Below the pieces are notes generated by a model. That model was given only the letters and a program-made list of their open reading frames with translations, made no database searches and was not told where the DNA came from. Below are positions 49,001-61,806 of a DNA stretch of 64,000 bases, in pieces; position 1 is the stretch's first letter, and each line of letters opens with the position of its first letter. The DNA comes from Pristiophorus japonicus (lineage: Eukaryota), in NCBI RefSeq assembly GCF_044704955.1, contig NC_092006.1, forward strand, positions 4,774,001 to 4,838,000, in the 5' to 3' direction. A program made the position numbers and the translations under genes.

Positions 49001-52000
49001 TCTAATGGGACCCTCCCCCCCCTCTGTCCAGTCGCAGGATCTGAACCCTTCACTGTGATGGCGGCAGCCGGGGAGACGGTGGAACTGGAATGCCACCTGG
49101 ATTACGAAGTGGAAATCGTGGACAGCTACTTCTGGTACAAGCAACTCGTGGGGGAAGCGCCCAAGTTGGTGCATATACCAGCCTGCCGTGGAACCATCTG
49201 CAAGTTTACTTCGAAGAGAGGGCGCAACAAATTTATCCTGGTCCTGCAAATCCTGAAAGTGAACACTTCTGACGCCGCGTCCTACTACTGTGCTGATAGC
49301 CATGGCTATGCTCTCCTTAGGAACGGTTCCTTGCTGCTGGTTGGAGGTAAGAACAAAGCCCGATTGAATTCAACCCATGCACATGCGATTAAAATTGCAT
49401 TAGCCAGAATTTAACTGTTTCCTCCATCTCCATCCCCACCCAGACAGTTCCACGCCTAAAACCGATGTGCTGGTGTTTGTGACTCCAGGGGAGCCACCTC
49501 TGAGGGAAACCATCCCCTTGGTGTGTCTGGTGACCGGCGTGTCCTCCAGGCAAATTGCCATTTACTGGAACGTGTCGGGACAGTTCGTCGCGGGACGGAG
49601 CGAGGTCGGCACCCTGGACCCCGACGGGACCTACAGCATCAGAAGCCACGTGATGGTCGGGGCGGAGATCTGGAGCAACAGAGGGGTCTGCACTTGTATC
49701 GTCGAGCTGGGGTCGCCGGGCAAGTCTTGGAGCAAGAGCGTGTCCCGTCCCGAAGCGGCAACAGGTGAGTCATAGAAACATCGAAACATAGAAAATAGGG
49801 GCAGGAGCAGGCCATTCGGCCCTTCGAGCCTGCACCACCATTCAATATGATCATGGCTGATCATGCAACTTCAGTACCCCATTCCTGCTTTCTCTCCATA
49901 CCCCTTGATCCCTTTATCCGTAAGGGCCACATCTAACTCCCTTTTGAGCATATCTAACGAACTGGCCTCAACAACTTTCTGTGGTAGAGAATTCCACAGG
50001 TTCACAATTCTCTGAGTGAAGAAGTTTCTCCTCATCTCGGTCCTAAATGGCTTACTCCTTATCCTTAGACTGTGACGGGGAGCTCGGTTGCGAAAGTGTA
50101 ACATCAGTTGGACTGGTTCTCTCGCCCCTATTAAGCAACTCCGCGGGTCAAACACAGAGAGATATCTATCAGGAGAAACAGTGCAGCCAGCCTATTGGGA
50201 AATACCTTGAAATAAGCCCACCCGTCCCAGGTCTTGTAAATAATTTCTCTGCTCTCGACTGCCCTTCGATTTCTGCCTGTCACCTTCGAATTATAGACTT
50301 ACACAGCACAGAATCAGGGGTCACCCATTTAAGACAGAGATGAGGAGGAATTTCTGCTCTCAGAAGGTTGTAAATCTGTGGAATTCACTGCCTCGGAGAG
50401 CTGTGGAAGAACATAATAACATAAGAAATAGGAGCAGGAGTCGGCCATTCGGTCCCTCGAGCCTGCTCCGCCATTTAATACGATCATGGCTGATCCGATC
50501 ATGGACTCAGGTCCACTTCCCTGCCCGCCCACTTAATCCCTTATCGATTAAGAAACTGTCTATCTCCGTCTTAAATATATTCAATGTCCCGGCTCTCTGA
50601 GGCAGCGAATTCCACAGATTTACAACCCTCTGAGAGAAGAAATTTCTCCTCATCTCAGTTTTAAATGGATGGCCCCTTATTCTAAGATTATGCCCCCTAG
50701 TTCTAGTCTCCCCCATCAGTGGGGATCATTGAATAAATTTAAGACAGAGAGAGACAGTTTCTTAGCCGATAAGGGACTAAGGGGGCGGGCAGGGAAGTGG
50801 AGCTGAGTCCATGATCGGATCAGCCATGATCTTATTGAATGGTGGAGCAGGCTCGAGGGGCCGAATGGCCGACTCCTGCTCCTATTTCTTATGTTCTCAT
50901 GTATATTCTATATCGGGAGAAACAATGCAGTCTGTCTGTTAAAAAATATGTTGAAATAAGCTATGGTCACCCTCCAAACCAGGCCTTTTAAATATTTTCT
51001 CTGCTCTTGACTGCCCTTCGATTTCGGCGTGTCATCTTAGAATTATCGAATACAGCACAGGAGTCGGCCATTCGGCCCCTCGAGCCTGCTCCATCATTCA
51101 ATAAGATCACGGCTGATCTTCGACCTCAACTCCACAATCCTGCACTGTCCCCACTTGGTTCCCCTCGAGTCCAAAAATCTATTGCTCCCTGTCTCAACGA
51201 CTGAGCCTCCACAGCCCTCTGGGGCAGAGAATTCCAAAGATTCACCACCCTCTGAGTGAAGAAATTCCTCCTCATCTCAGTCCTAAATGGCCGAGCCCTT
51301 ATCCTGAGACTGTGTGCCCCCTGGTTCTAGACTCCCCAGCCCGGGGGGAAACACCCTCCCTGCATCTACCCTGTCGAGCCCTGTCAGAATGTTGTATGTT
51401 TCAATGAGATCACCTCTCATTCTTCCAAGCTAGGAGTTTACAACATAGAAACATAGAAATTTACAGCGCAGAAGGAGGCCATTTCAGCCCATCGTATCCA
51501 CACCGGCCGACAAAGAGCCACACGGCCCTCGGTCAGCAGCCCTGAAGGTTACATATAAACCTACGAACGATGAACAATGACGGAAAGGCAAAGAGCACCC
51601 AGCCCAACCAGTCCGCCCCACACAACTGCGACACCCCTTACACCGAAACATTCTACACTCCACCCCAACCATTGTCCAATTAGCCCCATTCCCCCAACCT
51701 TTTCCCCACAGTCCTGCAAAGTGTCACTCTCCAAGTATTTATCAAATTCCCTTTTGAAAGTTATTAATGAATCTGCTTCTACTGCCCGGCAGCGCGTCTT
51801 GGAATAATTTTAAGATTAAAATCTATTTTAATTTTAATTTTGACTTGTGGATATCTGCAAATCAGACATATTACCCTCGGGTTGTGACGCTTCAGCGAAA
51901 TCGGGTTATCGTTCCAGTTTAAGGATAAGGGGTAAGCCATTTAGGACCGAGATGAGGAGAAACTTCTTCACCCAGAGAGTGGTGAACCTGTGGAATTCTC

Positions 52001-55000
52001 TACCACAGGAAGTTGTTGAGGCCAGTTCGTTGGATATATTCAAAAGGGCATTAGATGTGGCTCTTACGGCTAAAGGGATCAAGGGTTATGCAGAGAAAGC
52101 AGGAATGGGGTACTGAAGTTGCGTGATCAGCCATGATCTTATTGAATGGTGGTGCAGGCTCGAAGGGCCGAATGGCCTACTCCTGCACGTATTTTCTATG
52201 TTTCTATGTTTACAGCTCATAAAAAATAAGGGTGGATGTACATAAATCTTTGAAGGTGACAGAACAAATTGAAATGGTTGTTAATAATACATGCAGAATC
52301 CTTGGGTTTATTAATAGACTACAGAAGCAAGGAAGTTATGCCAGTCGTATATAAAGACAACAGTTGGGTCACCGCTGGAGTACTGTGTCCAATTCTGGGC
52401 ACTGCACTCTAGGAATGATGTCAAGGCCGTGGAGAGGGCGTGGAGGAGATTTACGGGAATGGTCCTGCACTGGTACGCTCGCGGCCTTCCGCGAGAGGTG
52501 GGCACCGGAGGGACTGGAGTGCATCATCACCCCCCCGCCCCCGGCAGACAAATTTTCATTTGAATTCAGTTGATGGCCAAAACCGAATTTGTTTTCTTGT
52601 CGATTTTAGTGCCCCCTCTAATAAGGGGGCATTTGATTTTCGATTGACGGTTTCAACTAAAATAGTTGCAGACCTGTTGATTGCGTCCTTAAAAAAGAAG
52701 GCACTTGATTTGAAAGTTTTACGCAAAATAGTTGAGGGACTTCAGTGAGGTGGAGAGACTTGAGAAACTGGGATTGTTCTCCTCAGGAGAAACTTCTTTA
52801 CCCAGAGAGCGGTGAGAATGTGGAACTCGCTGCCACAGGGAGGGGTTGAGGCTAATAGTATCGATGTATTTAAGGGGAGGCTGGATAAACACATGAGGGA
52901 GAAGGGAATAGAGGGATATGCTGATAGATTTAGATGAGGAAAGACGGCAGGAGGCTCGAGTGGGGCATAAACACCGGCACGGACTGGTTGGGCCCAATGG
53001 CCTGTTTCTGTTCCATATTGAGTAGACTGGGTCTTTACTCGTTGGAGTTCAGAAGGATGAGGGGTGATCTTATAGAAACATTTAAAATAATGAAAGGGAA
53101 AGACAAGATAGAGGCAGAGAGGTTGTTTCCACTGGTCGGGGAGACTAGAACTAGGGGGCACAGCCTCAAAATACGGGGGAGCCAATTTAAAACCGAGTTG
53201 AGAAGGAATTTCTTCTCCCAGAGGGTTGTGAATCTGTGGAATTCTCTGCCCAAGGAAGCAGTTGAGGCTAGTTCATTGAATGTATACATACAGAATCCTT
53301 GGGTTTATTAATAGACTACAGAAGCAAGGAAGTTATGCCAGACGTATATAAAGACAACAGTTGAGTGAGAATGGTCTGCTCCTGCACCTATTTTCTATGT
53401 TTCTATATAATCCTGTGTAATAGTGCAACTTATTCCATTGGCGAGCATTCACTCGTCCAATATTGGTCGCGTTGGTTGGTTTGTGGTTTCAAGTCACAGA
53501 TAGATAGATTTTTAACCAATAAGGGAATTAAGGGTTACGGGGAGCGGGCGGGTAAGTGGACCTGAGTCCACGGCCAGATCAGCCATGATCTTGTTGAATG
53601 GCGGAACAGGCTCGAGGGGCTAGATGGCCTACTCCTGTTCCTAATTCTTATGTTCTTATGTTCTTATGTTCTTAGATCCGATGTAATCCTGTGTAATAGT
53701 GCAACTTATTCCGTGCTTGCTATTGAGGGAGTGCAGCGAAGGTTCATCAGTATGATTCCCGGGACGGCAGGACTGACATATGAGGAGAGACTGGATCGAC
53801 TGGGCTTATATTCCCTGGAATTTAGAAGAATGAGAGGGGATCTCATAGAAACATATCAAATTCTGACGGGACTGGACAGGTTAGATGCAGGAAGAATGTT
53901 CCCGATGTTGAGGGAAGTCCAGAACCAGGGGTTACAGTCTAAGGATAAGGGGTAAGCCATTTAGGACCGAGATGAGGAGAAACTTCTTCACTCAGAGAAT
54001 AGTGAACCTGCGGAATTCTCTACCACAAAGAGTTGTTGAGGCCAGTTCGTTAGATATGTTCAAAAGGGAGTTAGATGTGGCCCTCATGGCTAAAGGGATC
54101 AAGGAGTATGGAGAGAAAGCAGGAAAGGGGTACTGAGGGAATGATCAGCCATGATCTTATTGAATGGTGGTGCAGGCTCGAAGGGCTGAATGACCTGCTC
54201 CTGCACCTATTTTCTATGTTTCTATATAATCCTGTGTAATAGTGCAACTTATTCCATTGGCGAGCATTCACTCGTCCAATATTGGTCGCGTTGGCTGGTT
54301 TGTGGTTTCACAGCCCGCGTTGGATGCGCCTAAATTGTAACTGGGTCGCGTTTCTCACAAGTGAGTCGCAGAAAGAGTGGCTTGACCCAGCAACATTTTC
54401 TAAGTGTCCTGTCTTTGCAGACTGGTGTACACCGATCCTTCCGTTTGCAATTCGTGTCTCGGCGATCTTGGTTCTAGTACTGATCCTTATTATTCTGTGT
54501 CATCATAACTGCGGCAGACGAGGTGAGTGTTTATATCCGTCAAAAATATCTTTTATAAATGCTTGTTCAACGTGAGTCCCTTCTCGTATCTTTCGATACT
54601 AATTTACAGTGAACTGTTTCAGAAGGACGAGACAAGAGGCCCCGCCAGGAAAGGTGAGTAATTGAACTACTTGCAAAGTTGATCAATGAGAGTCTCGCTG
54701 GGTTTAACACCGCGTCAGAACCAGTTTAACCCCAACTCTGATTCCAGTGCCAGATATTATTTGTGTTTTCCACGTTCTTTTTGAGTATGGTTCCAAGACC
54801 ATTCCACAACTCTGTTCTCGGTATTTACGGCACGTGGCCACGGATTCACAGGAGGTAGAAAAGTAAAATACTGCGGATGCGAGCAATGTGACAGATACAG
54901 AGTTACAGACAGAGAGAGAGAGACAGACAGAGTCAGACAGACAGAGACAGCGACACAGAGAGAGAGGCAGAGAGATAGAGAGACAGACAGAGAGAGACAG

Positions 55001-55452
55001 GGACAGGCAGAGACAGCGACACAGAGAGAGAGAGAGACAGCGACAGAGAGAGAGAGAGAGAGAGGCAGAGATTGAGAGCGAGAGAGAGAGACAGAGACAG
55101 CGACGGAACAAGTTGGAGATGTAACCGGGTTTAAGCTCCACTTTCTCTGTACTTGCTGGAAACATTTTTCCTACATTAAAACAATGACTACACTTCAAAA
55201 AAGTATGCCATTGGCTGTAAAGTGCTTTGGGAGCCCAGTGGTCGCTACAGAAACGCCAGTCTGTCTTTGTTTCATTTCTGTTTTATCTCTAACGTTCTCT
55301 CGAAGGGTAACAGACCTGAAAGGTTAACTCAGTTTCTCTCCACAAATGCTGCCTGACCCGCTGAGCATCACAAGAAGTAATGTTTGTCTCCTGTTTCTGT
55401 TCCCACACGGTTTCAGCTCCAGAGGGACAGTGAACAGAGCAGGAGGAGGTGA
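45969..55452 (+). CDS. Non-rearranging Ig-superfamily receptor, leader-VJ-C1-TM-short tail (~290 aa)
   Basis: Exons 45969-46026, 49032-49346, 49444-49764, 54421-54522, 54610(or 54623)-54653, 55417-55452(or 55477). All GT-AG; phase-1 junctions around the Ig and TM exons; frame open throughout. Confidence 0.8.
46125..48920. repeat. Two opposed L2-like fragments with a 37-bp purine-rich minisatellite (46130-46380; 47380-48790) and a SINE 3' part (46873-47095)
   Basis: Unit GGAGGAGGTTACAGAGATAGGGAGGGGTGTAGGGGCT; 37-aa periodic ORFs. Confidence 0.9.
49032..49346 (+). CDS. V-set Ig exon with germline-joined J-like G strand
   Basis: GETVELEC...WYKQ...APKL...DAASYYC...LRNGSLLLVG; polypyrimidine-CAG acceptor, GTAAG donor. 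Confidence 0.93.
49444..49764 (+). CDS. C1-set Ig exon
   Basis: PLVCLVTG...IYWN...DGTYSIRS...W...CTCIV; CAG acceptor, GTGAGT donor. Confidence 0.92.
49770..54226. mobile_element. Multiple CR1 3' fragments in the C1-TM intron
   Basis: ORF2 C-terminal motifs and tails on both strands. Confidence 0.88.
54421..54522 (+). CDS. Transmembrane exon
   Basis: DWCTPILPFAIRVSAILVLVLILIILCHHNCGRR; TTTGCAG acceptor, GTGAGT donor, phase 1-1. Confidence 0.85.
54893..55105 (+). repeat. (GA)n/(GACA)n microsatellite
   Basis: Directly visible. Confidence 0.95.
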
Positions 55453-55679
55453 ACCACACTTGGATGAGTTGGATTGAAATGTTGGCGCAAATAGAACGTC
55501 AAATGCAGGATATTTCAAAATTCAATTGGGTCATTGCCCGCCTTCAAAATATCCTCCTGTCTGCCGGACATCCAGAAAGGCTAATTACTGCTTAGTCATG
55601 CCAATTAATAATGTATCAGATTGTTAAATAATGTATCGGGTGGACAGTAGACACCGGGGGTAGATCGTCCGTGCCCATC

Positions 55680-55845
55680 TATTGGTGTATTGGACCATTG
55701 GTGTATTGGACCATTGGTGTATTGAACCATTGGTTTATTGCACCATTGGTTTATTGGACCATTGGTGTATTGCACCATTGGTGTATTGGACCATCAGTGT
55801 ATTGGGGGAACATTGGTGTATTAATGGACCATTGGTTTATTGGGG
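55680..55845 (+). repeat. 16-bp minisatellite GGACCATTGGTGTATT
   Basis: Directly visible. Confidence 0.9.
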
Positions 55846-57019
55846 GTCATAGGCTTAATGATGGACTATTGGCGCTCAGTGCCTCTATAATTTATTATAA
55901 ATGAGCTGGACTTGACAATAATTAAATTCAAATTCTTAACTATTTATACACAGTTGACACCCATCAAATGGAGGCAAGGCAGACACATCAGGGTACAAGA
56001 CATGTAAGTAAATTCATTGACCCTGTTGCAATAATATACAGGAACTTGCCGATTTTCTGGGTATCGCATGCAAATAATTGGCTTGTCTCTTTCAAAGAGC
56101 TGGCACGGGCACGATGGGCCGAATGGCCTATGCCTGTGCTGTATCATGCTACGATTCCTTGAAACGCGATTGCGGGACGGGATAGTTTGAGCTGCCTTTC
56201 GAATAACTTGGAACTTGTCGATATTTAACGTGTGTTCCTGTCTCAGGGCGCCCCGCAAGACCAGACTTTCTACGCCTCTCTGCAATTCAAAGCCGCGGAA
56301 AAGTCATCAAGAAAGAAGGCGGGTCGCTGATGAGAACCCCGGAGGGGTTTCTAGCCGGTGGACGAGGGAGGAGACGGAACTCGCAAAGAAGAATGCCCAG
56401 CCCGGCGGAGATAAGACTGAAGCCACAGAGACTCCAATCAAACATCCGGGGGCTGGGCTTTGCACTTCACATCGCTGGCCTAGTGCCCATATATCACCCA
56501 AAATGCCCTGCTATCGCCCATTTCACTTCGCTGACCTATCGGCGAGTGGAAAATGGCGATACAAAAAATGGGCGATGTTCCAGCGATCAGTAAGGCTGAC
56601 ACATCGACCATCGCTGGAACATCGTTCATTTTTTGGGCGATAGTCTAGCCTACCTCCCTGTGTTTGGAAGGGTTTGCAAACACTCTTTCTGTTGAATGTA
56701 AAAGACCCGTGCTTTGAGTATTGTAAAGATGTCCCACTGTATTAGTGAGACCACCATTTAGACCAGGGTCTTCTCAGTTTCCTGATTCTCTGAATCTTTT
56801 TCTGCTGACCCTGTAATTCCGATCAGTAACAAGATTGGGGTTTTTTTTGTCGCAAATGCTTGAATATAAATAAAATAAATGATCCTTTGACTGTAATGAT
56901 GCACAGGAGGTTCCTATTGTTCAATGCTTCACTTACAATTAAATATCATCTGGATAAAACTTCGCTGGCTCTGAGCTGCCAATATCAGTCCTGAATTGAA
57001 AGAGTGTTAGTGGCGATAT

Positions 57020-60000
57020 TCATAGAAACATAGAAAATAGGTGCAGGAGTAGGCCATTCGGCCCTTGTAGCCTGCACCGCCATTCAATGAGTTCATGGCT
57101 GAACATGCAACTTCAGTACCCCATTCCTGCTTTCTCGCCATACCCCTTGATCCCCCGAGTAGTAAGGACCACATCTAACTCCTTTTTGAATATATTTAGT
57201 GAATTGGCCTCAACAACTTTCTGTGGTAGAGAATTCCAAAGGTTCACCACTCTCTGGGTGAAGAAGTTTCTCCTCATCTCGGTCCAAAATGGCTTACCCC
57301 TTATCCTTAGACTGTGACCCCTGGTTCTGGACTTTCCCCAACATTGGGAACATTCTTCCTGCATCTAACCTGTCTGAACCCATCAGAATTTTAAACGTTT
57401 CTATGAGGTCCCCTCTCATTCTTCTGAACTCCAGTGAATACAAGCCCAGTTGATCCAGTCTTTCTTGATGGGTCAGTTCCGCCTTCCCGGGAATCAGTCT
57501 GGTGAACCTTCGCTGCACTCCCTCAATAGCAAGAATGTCCTTCCTCAAGTTAGGAGTCAAAACTGTACACAATATTCCAGGTGTGGCCTCACCAAGGCCC
57601 TGTACAAATGTAGCAACACCTCCCTGCCCCTGTACTCAAATCCCCTCGCTATTCACTGTCTGAGGCCGCGATAGGCTTAATCGCTTACAGACTAACAACA
57701 GGAGAGAAACGAGGGCAGAGATGCAATGAATTTATCCATTTTACCTTTGGCTTGTGTGTTTTGGTATGTGTAGTAATTATAGAATGGTTACAGCACAGAG
57801 GAAGGCCATTTGGTCCATCGAGTCCGTGCCGACTCTGAACAAGTCCAACTCACCCCCTCGTCCTTTCCCCGTAGCCCTGCAAAATTCTTTCCTTCAGATA
57901 CTTACCCAACTCCCTTTTGAAAGCCCCGATTGAGTCTGCCTCCACCACCCTCTCAGGCAGCGCATTCCAGATCCCAACCACTCGCTGCGTAAAAACGTTT
58001 TTACTCACGTCGCCTTTGGTTCGTCTACCAATCGCCTTCAATCTGTGTCCTCTGGTTCTCCACCCTTCCACCAATGGGAACAGTTTCTCTCGATCTACTC
58101 GGTCCAGACCACCCATGATTTTGAACATCTCGATCAAATCTCCTCTCAATCGTTTCTGCCCCACGGACAACAACCCCGGCTTCTCCAGTCTCGCCCCGTC
58201 ACTGAAGTCCCTCATTCCTGGAAGCATTCTCGTAAATCCTTCCTGCACCCTCTCCAAGGCCTTCACATCCTTCCCACAGTGCGGTGCCCAGAATTGGACA
58301 CAATGCTCCAGTTGGGGGCCAAACAGATAACTTCCACACTTTTCCACTCTACACCTCAACTTATGGACCCAGATACCCGTCAGCCTTTGTAACTGCTTTC
58401 TCAACCTTGCTAGAATGACTGTCTGAGACAGATGAGTGAGTGTAGCATGGCTTGGGAGGACTGGATGACTTTGGACCTGTGGTCCCCAAAGCTCTCCATA
58501 ACTGGGGGCTTTGCTCAAGTCAGGTCTGGGTCTGTTGTCGACTAATGGGTTGCGATGGTTTACCACGACAACCCCATTATCATTGGATCACGCGACCACC
58601 AGGATGGTAGAAGGCGAGCAAGATAATATTTATCTTTCTCTTTCCCATGGCAACTAGTGATGATTCCAACATTCACACCCCATCTAGACTCAGCTTTACT
58701 TTCCTATCTTATACCATTACCATCTCAATTCGGCCCATTGTCCCCTTTTGCCGCTCTAATCTCTCCTGCCTTCTTCCCGGTCACAGACCTTCCCATTTGT
58801 TCTTTCATAAGAACATAAGAACATAACATAAGAACATAAGAATTAGGAAAAGGAGTAGGCCATCCAGCCCCTCGAGCCTGCTCCGCCATTCAACAAGATC
58901 ATGGCTGATCTGGCTGTGGACTCAGCTCCACTTACCCGCCCGCTCCCCGTAACCCTTAATTCCCTTATTGGTTAAAAATCTATCTATCTGTGACTTGAAT
59001 ACATTCAATGAGCTAGCCTCAACTGCTTCCTTGGGCAGAGAATTCCACAGATTCACAACCCTCTGGGAGAAGAAATTCCTTCTCAACTCGGTTTTAAATT
59101 GGCTCCCCCGTATTTTGAGGCTGTGTCCCCTAGTTCTAGTCTCCCCGACCAGTGGAAACAACCTCTCTGCCTCTATCTTGTCTATCCCTTTCATTATTTT
59201 AAATGTTTCTATAAAATCACCCCTCATCCTTCTGAACTCCAACGAGTAAAGACCCAGTCTACTCAATCTATCACATTAAGGTAACCCCCTCATCTCCGCC
59301 CCTGCCTCTTTCCTCCCCTCCCCCTTTCACTATGCCCTTTGCACTTCCTTAAAAAGAAAGACTTGCATTTATATAGTGCCTTTCACAGCCACCGGGCGTC
59401 TCAAAGCGCTTTACAGCCAATGGAGAGTACCTTTGGAGTGTAGTCACTGTTGTATTGTGGGAAACGCGGCAGCCGATTTGCGCACAGCAAGCTCCCACAA
59501 ACAGCCATGTGATAATGACCCAGATCATCTGTTTGTTATGTTGGTTGAGGGATAAATATTGGCCCCAGGACACCGGGGAGAACTCGAAATAATGCCTTGG
59601 GATCGTTTATGTCCACTTGAGAGAGTAGATGGAGCCTCCACCAAACAAAATCGTTTCTCTCTATCTAGTCTATGAAATAGTTAAATCGTCTTAATCACCT
59701 CAATTAGATAACCCCCCTAATCTTTTATACGCAAGGGGGGGGGGTCTGTGCACGCTGTCCTTATAAGTTAACCCTTTTTGCCCAACATGGTCCTGGTGAA
59801 CTTAAAGGCTCTTTATAAAAACCTACAATATAAATTAACATTAACAAGAACACTGGGTCGCTGGGAATTTATTCAAACTCTCATAAGATGTTTTGGGAAG
59901 TTTCTGGGCGATGGATTTGAACGGGTCTTTGCCAGGATTGTTGCTGTTCCCGAATCTCATCCGGTTGTACCTGCTGATTCCAAAGTGATCGGAAGGGGAG

Positions 60001-60540
60001 TGATTAAACTGACTCTGGTGGATAACGCAATGTAACTACCTGTGGTACAGCCCTGTTTCTGGCTCAATATCTCCTCTGGGTAAAGAAGTTTCTCCTGAAT
60101 TCCCCATTGATGGCCCCTGGTTCTAGTCTCTCCCACAAGTGGAAACACTCCACGTCTACCCTATCGAACCCTTTCAGAAGCTTAAAGACCTGTATCTTGT
60201 TGACCCTCCGTCTCTTTTCGAGGGCCCCAGCAGGTTCAGCCTTTCCTGATGGCAAAACCTCTTAGTTCTGGTATCGTTTTAGTCAATCTTTTTTGCACCT
60301 TATCCAGTGCCTCTATATTGTTTTTATGATACGGAGAGCAGAACTGTGCACAGTGCCCCAAGTGTGGTCTAACCAAGGTCCGATACAAGTTTAACATAAC
60401 TTCCCAACTTTTCAATTCTATCCCTCTACAAATGAACCCTGGTTCTTTGCTTGTTTTAATGAGCTTGTTAAGCTATGTCGCTACATTTAGTGATTAGTGT
60501 ATCTGTACCCCAGATCCCTCTATTCCTCTACCTCATTATG
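57020..60540 (-). mobile_element. CR1 fragments (57020-57652, 57785-58322, 58807-59298, 60075-60540) and SINE part (59352-59640)
   Basis: ORF2 C-terminal motifs, tails, Deu core. Confidence 0.85.
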
Positions 60541-60636
60541 GAAACTTATTTTCTAAGAAGGAACAGATATTTATAATAGATAACGAATTGCTGACAAAAT
60601 CACTTCACTGCATTATTATGAACATACAGAACATAC

Positions 60637-61503
60637 ATTTATATAGTGCTTTTCACGACCACCGGACATCTCGAAGTGCTTTAAAGCCAATGAAGTACTT
60701 TTGGAGTGCACTATTGTAATGTGGGAAACGCAGCAGCCAATTTGTGCACAGCAAGCTCCCACAAACAGCAATATGAAAATGACCCAGATATTCTGTTTTA
60801 TTTTGTTAATTGAGCGATAAATATTGGCCAGGCTACCGGAGATAATTCCCCTGCTCTTCTTCGAAACAGTGCGATATTTTATATCCAGATGAGAAAGCAG
60901 CTTGGTTTAATGTCACATCCGAAACACGGCACCTCCGACACTACAGCGCTCCCGCAGTACTGCCCCTCCGACAGTGCGGCGCTCCCGCAGTACTGCCCCT
61001 CCGACAGTGCGGCGCTCCCGCAGTACTGCCCCTCCAACAGTGCGGCGCTCCCGCAGTACTGCCCCTCCGACAGTGCAGTGCTCCCTCAGTACCGCCCCTC
61101 CAACAGTGCGGCGCTCCCTCAGTCCTGCCCCTCCGACAGTGCGGCACTCCCTCAGTACTGCCCCTCCGACAGTGCGGTGCTCCCTCAGTACCGCCCCTCC
61201 AACAGTGCGGCACTCCCTCAGTATTGCCCCTCCAACACTCCATCAGTACTGCCCCTCCGACAGTGTGGTGCTCCCTCCGCACTGCCCTCCCTCAGTACTG
61301 CCCCTCCCACAGTGCGGCACTCCCTCAGTACTGCCCTTCCCACAGTGCGGCGCTCCCTCAGTACTGCCTCTCCGACAGTGCGGTGCTCCCTCAGCCCTGC
61401 ATTGCAGTGTCAGTCTAGATTTTTGTGCTCAAGTCTCTGGAGTGGGACTTGAACCCACAACCTCTTGTCTCAAAGGCAAGTGTGCTGCCCACTGAGCCAC
61501 AGC
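60637..61503 (-). mobile_element. Full-length Deu-domain SINE with about 13 copies of the 33-bp unit
   Basis: A/B boxes at the right end, Deu core, tandem array 60932-61395. Confidence 0.85.
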
Positions 61504-61806
61504 TGACACTTAAAAGGAGCTGCTGGGTTTAAAATAATCCAGTTTCAATAGTAAATGTGACAAGGTTCACCTCCAGGACACAGCCAGAGAATGTTTGGGA
61601 TCCATGTAAACGCCAGCTTTAATATCAATGCAGCTTAAACCTGGAATCAGTGTCTGAGTTGCCCCAGAGGTCCTTAGCCCCACATAAATCACATTTGCTC
61701 TATAAATGTGCGCTGTAAATCAGCATTAGAGATACACTGAGCGCATCTGGGCTTGAACGTTCAAAGAGCAGGAATCGCAAACGCAATGCTGGGGTTTGAC
61801 AACCTG

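Noticed and set aside
49051-49057. CACTGTG RSS-like heptamer in the V exon
   Set aside because: No nonamer at 12/23 spacing, and it lies at the V exon start; no RSS found after YYC
50160-51060. ~150-bp diverged direct duplication (50160-50310, 50905-51060)
   Set aside because: Old intronic duplication with no coding or structural signal
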